Shown here: piece after piece, positions 54,925 through 64,000 of the stretch
Position numbering within the stretch: the first letter of the stretch is position 1
Layout of the letters: each line of letters begins with the position of its first letter
Source: the human T2T-CHM13v2.0 reference genome, Homo sapiens
Assembly (NCBI RefSeq): GCF_009914755.1
Contig: NC_060942.1
Length of the DNA stretch: 64,000 nt
Direction: 5' to 3' (one strand)
Notes under the pieces: generated by a model
Databases searched by the model: none
Seen by the model: only the letters and a program-made list of their open reading frames with translations
What the model was told of the DNA's origin: nothing
Made by a program: the position numbers and the translations under genes

Positions 54925-55410
54925 GTGACAGTAATTGGTTACAAGCAACAGAACTGATTTAAGTTGGCTAAAACAAACAAAAAAGACTGTAAGATTATAA
55001 CACTATTTTAGGAAATGTGAGCCATTAGAGGCCCTGAACCTTTTAGGAAACAAGCCATTCAAGCCTCCTCTTGGTCTCCCTCAGCCCCCTCTCCCTCTAT
55101 ATTCCTTCTCATACTTTGCATCCTAGCTTTTCCCCTTTGACTAACTCATTCCTTAGGCATGAGGGCTGCTCCAATCCCAACTGTCTATAACTTCCATTTT
55201 CATATATCCAAGAGTGGGTGACTAGAATGGCTATCAATTACAGATTTTGCAGACAGCAATTTTCCTGGTTCACTAGACCCGACACAGGGCTCTCTCTGCA
55301 CCAGCTGATGATTCAGGCTCCTATAAGGATGGCTCTCAGAAAGTTGTAAAAGCATGGATTCAAATCAAAGCAGAGGTTGAACATGGCAGACAAGTTTAAA
55401 AGTTACACCT
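54925..55410. mobile_element. Old MLT1 (J-L type) LTR relic
   Basis: ttggttacaagcaacagaactga...ggctaaaacaaacaaaaaag opening motif. Confidence 0.45.
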
Positions 55411-57235
55411 TGAGTCAGTCTAAAGACAATGACTGTATTAAAACCATACAGTCTGTATTCTAGATACTATTCTAGAGTATCTAGTGCCTAGTGGTCATTT
55501 AATTTTCTCAGTTATGCTGTGGGGAAACTAGTGTTTATAACCTTTGTTTCAGATGATGGAATTGAAGCAATGAAAGATTAAGCAATGTCCCAAGACCACA
55601 CAGCCAGGAAGTGGCAGAGCTGGACTCTAACACTAGTAGCCTAGTTGCAGATCCATACTTTGAACAGCCATGCTATTCTGCGTCTCCATGAAATTGCTTT
55701 TACCTCTCAAACAAGTTTGATTTTAGTGCTCTGGGCACTGCAGTAAAAACCAAAATTTCTAGGATTTTCTGGCTTAGAAGGAATGCAAGGACAAAACTGT
55801 GTTTTCCTGACAGCCCAGATCCCTGTGAGTAACAACTACTAGCTCAAAGGCAGCTAGTTGGAGTCAAGGAAGAACACTGGTTCCATGTGTTATCAACAGA
55901 AATGAGGTCCAATCTGCATTGCCAATGGGTAGGTATGAAAATGTAGAAGGAATGAATCTTTTTACACATTCATTCACCAACAAATTTACCTTTAAGAAGG
56001 TCATTTTCTCTATGAATCATACATGAAAAAAGCCAGTTTTTTTCCGCAAAGCTGAAATACAGCCCACAGATTTCCACTCTTTGGAAAGGTGAAAGGAACA
56101 TTACCTATCAATCTCATCAAAATTATAAGTCAATACCTAATATTAGCATGAGAATGCAGAGGTATCATGCTGTTTGACATAATTTGCCTAACCAAAGTTT
56201 ATCTAGTAATGAAGACAAAGTCCTGGTGTGAAGCATATAGTTCCCTTACCTACTTTTTTCAAAATGTATTTATCCCTGATACTACTTAAAATAGTACTTT
56301 TAAATAAGAAACGATCTTCAGAACATAGCAAACATCAAATTAATTTTAGTATAAAGTTAAAATATAATTTTTAGTGTTTCAGATAATTAAATTGATAGGA
56401 TATTATTAGAATAAGTCTACTGTGTAAAACAAAGGGGATGTTTATATCTGCTAATGGCTTCTCCGTAAGTCATGTGTAACACAATTCAAAATGTATTTGA
56501 GCAATCTTTGAGAGGCATATAACAAAACTCCCATCTAACAGATGTGCCGGTGACAGTAAAAGAAAAATAAACTTCCAAATATTCATGGGCATGTTTGCCC
56601 GTCTTCCAAACCCACTGTGCAATTGCTGTATGCTAGAAAATCAAGCACCTGCAAAGTGGAATAATTGATTGACTGTGACTAAGGGCTGTGCCAAAGTTTC
56701 TGAAGCCTTCTTGAGGCCCCATAACAAAACACATATAACAATGGTTGGTCACAAAGCTAACGTTGACAATTAAGTTTCATGAACTAACTGAAATTTGCAA
56801 CCTTCTGGTTTCAATTTTACAGTTCAGTTCTGCCAGATGGAGTAGGGAGAAAATAACATACATAATTAAAATCAATGAAGTTATATCAACCCCAAACACC
56901 AAAAAATTAAATAAAAGGAAGAAAGCAAGAAAAAAATATACCAATCATATGTTTTCCCACATCTGTAGCCAAAGTTAAAAATCTACAAGTCAGGACTTGG
57001 AAGCCTTTAAGAATAAATCTAAATTGTGATGCAAAAAGCTTCAAGTAAATCACTTAGAACAGAATAATACATAAGAATATATGTATAAATCTCTACTGAG
57101 GAAAGAGTCACATATAATCTGGGTGAAGAAAAAAATGCAGTAGTCATGTGGCTATTTAAAATAATTAATAATAAGTAAAAGTGTGCTACGAGAGCAAGAA
57201 TAGACATACTGGCCAGTAGAAAGAAGAGAAAATGA

Positions 57236-57603
<368 letters not shown>

Positions 57604-57869
57604 TTAGTTATTTGGTGGATTATTGATGCCATAAAAGACCCTACATTGCATGAGCACTTAATCCCTGATAAGGCATCACAAATGAGTAGGTAATAGACAA
57701 CTAGACAGCTACTGGGGACTAGAGAAAATCAAATTATCACATTATTTTCTGACATATGTCAGATAATAAATTAAGCTCAGGGTGAAAGAAATAAGTATAT
57801 AAATGAATACATCTTACCACTACACGGAATATGACATTATTATTATTTTCACTTTTAAAGTTAAACAGG

Positions 57870-58895
57870 GGAATATAAATCTTATTCAGCTTGCTGATTG
57901 CACATACGGTGTTTTTGTCTCCCCCCGATACTCCACTGAAATTACAAAATAATTATACATGTAAAACTCTAACAATCAGGCAGGTATCCATGCCTGGTGG
58001 CAATTTTAGGGAATTTAGAGAAAATACGGAACCAAGAAAAACAGGTGACATATCAACAACAGAGCTAAGGGAATCACAAATTGACATCCAAAACAAATGA
58101 GTATGAAAACAGAGACCCAGGAATAATCCCAAGATAAGACGGCATATGCTACTTTTGTTTGTAACCATTGCAGAAACCAAGCATTGAGAAAAAGATGACA
58201 CTAGGGAAGAAATTTACAAGCTAAAACAAGAATAAATGGAATGAAACTAACAACACAAAACTGAGATGGAAAGCAAATGAGAACCTGTAACATTAGATAA
58301 TTAAGACCTTCAGTAAGAGTCAAGAAACCACACACACACACATTATGTATATATACTGTATACATAACCAAACTATATATACATATCAATCTATACTTAT
58401 AAAACAAAACTATTAGCATTTTAAAAATTAAAAACACTTAAAGAAATAATCTGAAAATTCTTAATTCCTGTTTAGGAAACCCAAAACATTTAAGTCCAGT
58501 GAGATAAAAATTCTGCCAAAGTATTCTTTTAGAACACATTCCCAAAAATATAGATATAGAAATGTCTGTAAGAGTTCCAGAAGGAAAGAACAGTGAGGGA
58601 CAGAACATTCATGGAAATAACAAAAACCTGAATTTCTGGGCAGAAGAAAAGTATGTCTTCAGACATGCAATACCCATTTATTAAGGAAGATAAACAAAAA
58701 AAAAAAAAAAGAAAATTTAGACCTAGACACAATGACACACTTTTTCTCTCTCAAACAAACACACATGCACGTTGGTTAAATTTCACAACTCAAAGGAAGA
58801 GAAAAATCATTACAACCTCAAGATGTGGAAGAACAAGGGGTTACTTACAAAGCAGTAGGATTCAGATTGTCTTGATGTTTCAGCAATCTGAAAGA
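57870..58895 (+). mobile_element. Ancient L1M 5'/ORF1-like fragment
   Basis: agagttccagaaggaaagaacag...agacctagacaca...caaaggaagagaaaaatc. Confidence 0.55.
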
Positions 58896-58902
58896 TATCC
58901 AT

Positions 58903-59280
58903 AAGGTTAGGCTAGGTTGTGTAGCATGAACAACGGTAAAATAAATGAGTAACTTAACAGTTTGCTTTTTGCTCATACTACATGTGCAAAAGAGGCCGGT
59001 GCTTGGGTGGGGTGTTCCATCGTCACGGAACTCAGTGGCTCAGGCTAACAGCCACTTCAGCTTGGTGCATGCATGAACATTCGCTGCAGAACTTGCAAGA
59101 CAACGTAGCAGGAAGCACTGATGCTTTCAGCTTCCACCTGAAAATGGCGTACATCACCTTTGCTCACATTTGCTGGCCAAAGCAAATCACACTGCCGTAT
59201 CTAGCTTTAAAGAGGGTGGGAGAGTGTAGTCTTACCATGTGTCTAGAATGCAGAAAGCTGAATATATCTGATTAATCGAG
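58903..59280. mobile_element. Old MLT1 LTR relic
   Basis: gttaggctaggttg...tcacctttgctcacatt...ggccaaagcaaatcac. Confidence 0.6.
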
Positions 59281-59494
59281 CATCTGGTGAACAAATACTT
59301 TTGTCACTTTCGCTCTAGCACTGTCTCACTAAGGAAGACAACCAAAAAGTCACATCCTGTCAAGGTATCAAGCCGAAGTCTAGAATCTCTAGGTAATATC
59401 CAGTAGGTTCTTCACTGAGAGTGATAATGATTTCCAAATCTATTGGCATACCTAATGTATTTAACACACGGCAGATCTGTTTTTTTTTTAAACA

Positions 59495-59728
59495 CATAGA
59501 ATTGACCTAGACGCCCATCAACAGTGGACTAGATGAAGAAAATGTGGTACATATACACCATGAAACAGTATGCAGCCACAAAGAAAGAATGAAATCATAT
59601 CCTTTGCAGCAACATAAATAAAGCTGAAGGCCATAATCCTAAGCAAATTAACAGAGGAACAGACAACCAAATACTGCATATTCTCACTTATAAGCAGGAG
59701 CGAATCATTGAGCACACATGGACACAAA
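59495..59728 (+). mobile_element. L1PB-type ORF2-end/3'UTR fragment
   Basis: aagaaaatgtggtacatatacaccatg...cctttgcagcaaca...ttctcacttataag. Confidence 0.85.
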
Positions 59729-60077
59729 CCTAAACTACTTTATTTAATTGTCTTTCCTTCGGGTGCGAAAAACTATTTAAAAGCTGAGGAAGAGATTTAA
59801 ATGACTCAGATGTGTAAAAATAATTGCCATGAGAAGGCAAGAAAAATAATAATTTGAAACATTAAAAAATTTCAGAAGCCTCTCTTTTAAAGGAAATTGG
59901 ACAAAGATTCAAATTATAAGCTAAGTAAAGATTCACATAAATTTTAGGGAACTTTCAAACAGTATTTTGGAATAGACCAACAGCTAAAATAAAGGGACAC
60001 CAAATAACTCTCTTTATAAATGGGCTCAAATTTGAATTAAGAGACTGTTAAAAATTGAAATGTATAATTACCAATTA

Positions 60078-61870
<1,793 letters not shown>

Positions 61871-62314
61871 GTTAACAGATTAGAAATCAATACAAACTAA
61901 GTCTTTTTTGATCAAAGAACCAAAAGCTTCTCTCTGTAAAGTACCTGTACATATTGTAAACAGAAGAGCCAGTGGAAGAATCAAAGTTCAATTTTGGGAA
62001 AAAAGTAAAAGGACAACCTGACAAAGTCTGCCAAAGCTCTCACTAGGAGGAAGGCATTAGTATTCCAATACATCCTATTCTTTCTTTACTCCCAATAATA
62101 AAGAATAAATGGACAACACATTACAGATTTATTAACTGCATGACCGTGAAAATATCTACCATTAAGCCCACTAGGACTGCCCATCAGAGCAAAGTTTTAA
62201 AGATACTTGAAAAATAAGAAGGAAGGCAAATGGACTTGTAATTAAAGCATAAAAAGAGAGAGAAGGTGAAAGAGAGAAACTGTGTCCTGAAATAAAATTG
62301 ACTGGTTGTGGCAC

Positions 62315-62316
<2 letters not shown>

Positions 62317-62345
<29 letters not shown>
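62317..62345 (+). repeat. (TG)n microsatellite
   Basis: Directly visible. Confidence 0.95.
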
Positions 62346-62347
<2 letters not shown>

Positions 62348-62807
62348 TAAGAAAAATGTGAGCTTGATGGTAAATTATCAACTTTAAAAAGCTTGAGGTC
62401 AAATGGACTTTATTTGCTTTATTTACTAAAGCCACTCAAGTAATAGAAATTTTCTACCAATTGTTAAGTTCTTTCCCAAATCTCAATCTGTAACTTTTTT
62501 CAGGATCCTTTTTAGACAAATACTTACTTCTCTGCCATGATGTACTTTCTATAGATTTAATAGATAGAAGGTACATTACAAATGGAACTTTCAGATAAAG
62601 CATATTGCAGAGAGATTATTTTAGAAGTTCTTATAAATTTTCTTACACATATCTAGAGTAAAACTAGACTTCTGAATACCTACACCATTTATGAATCAGG
62701 AAATTATCAGACAATAGGCTATGGTCCCAGTATCTCTATGGACAAAAGAATTTGTAAACATAGGTAGTTTAATTATAGCAGGGTCATTGATAGTTCGTGG
62801 TGATCAT

Positions 62808-63246
62808 TGTTGTGGGTTGAATAGTGTCCCTCCAAAATTCATGTCCACCCAGAACTTCAGGATGTTACTTTATTTGGAAATAGGGTCATTGCAGATGTAA
62901 TTAGTTAAGTTGGTTATACTGGATTTGGGTGCACCCTAAATCTGATAATTGACTCCTTATAAGAAGAGGAGAGGATACACAGTGATGCAGAGAGGGGAAC
63001 GCCATGTGCAGATGAAGGAGGAGATTGCAGTGATGCAGCTATAAGCCAAGGCATGCCAAGGACTGACAGCAACCACTGGAAGCCGGGTGACAGGTGTGGA
63101 ATTCTCGGTCAGAGCCACTGGAAAGAACTGCTTGGTTAACATGATTTTGGACTTCTAGACCCTAGAACCATGAGAGAATAAATGTCTCTGTCTTAAGCCT
63201 CTCTGTTTGTGGTAGTTTGTTGCCACAGCCCTAGGAAACTAATACA
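62808..63246 (+). mobile_element. MLT1C-like solo LTR
   Basis: tgttgtgggttgaatagtgtccc...ggaaatagggtcattgcagatgtaattag...ggaaactaataca; 5-bp TSD atcat at 62803-62807 and 63247-63251. Confidence 0.92.
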
Positions 63247-64000
63247 ATCATAAATCAATCTTTCTGTATGTGTATAAACATTTAGGCTACATTCAACAGC
63301 AGGCCAAGCTGAGACTCAGCCTCGGAGGAATTATAGACCTCAAATAAATTAGTCACACCACCTTCAGCTCTTGTATAAGGATCATTAAATCTCGTGTTAC
63401 TACATAGAGTGAATATCCATTGCTAAAGGAAAACACCAACAGTTTTCTACTAGTTGATTAACTTATTATGAATTGTTGTTGTATTGTTCCTCTCATAAGA
63501 CCATCCACTTGTATAACACCCTTAAAGGAGCAACTTCATAACATTTATCCAGTATAGGAGAATACTGTGTTTTTTAGTTCATGCGTGTTCTGGGAATGGC
63601 CATGAACTGTTTTTTGGGATGCTCTTACACCATATCCTGGCTGGATGTTTTTTGTTCATGGGTCTAAGCTTAAAAATAAAAGAGGATACCAGGATGGTAT
63701 GCAGTATCTAGTTTCTTTTAAGTTCCACAAAAAAAAAGAAACAAAACAAAACAAGAAAAAAACGGAAGCCAAAAAGTTTCAAATGGCAAATGTGTTCCAT
63801 TCTAGGACATGTCAGATTACTAATAGGGTAAATATATATAGTAACCACTAATACATTTTTAGAATAATGCATTATTTGAGATATCATAGAAATAAACAGG
63901 TCTTTTAACCTTCTCAGATACTCTTTAAAAATGAACAACAAATGTGAAGTATTTTATTCTATCTTCAGTAATTGCTGTTGTTAAATTAAGGCTCACAACA

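Overview
AT-rich, repeat-dense primate genomic DNA, most likely human or great ape (AluJ/S/Y, L1PA2-type, THE1/MST and MER4-group LTRs). It reads as intergenic or deep-intronic. I find no supportable protein-coding gene, RNA gene, CRISPR array or CpG island. The only ORFs with recognisable protein are frameshifted LINE-1 ORF2 C-terminal remnants; the others I could interpret come from Alus, microsatellites or LTRs, or look like chance. About 14 Alus, several L1 fragments, about 12 solo LTRs, 3 DNA-transposon relics, L2/MIR fragments and many microsatellites explain much of the window. I cannot support a new biological system here. The best observations are mechanistic: two 5'-inverted (twin-primed) L1 insertions, one with readable priming microhomologies and a 7-nt non-L1 insert in its tail; local templated-rearrangement scars; perfect palindromes; an inverted repeat apparently split by an Alu; and a few candidate non-coding exons or enhancers. 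Repeat names come from recalled consensus motifs, not a database search, and boundaries of old repeats are approximate.
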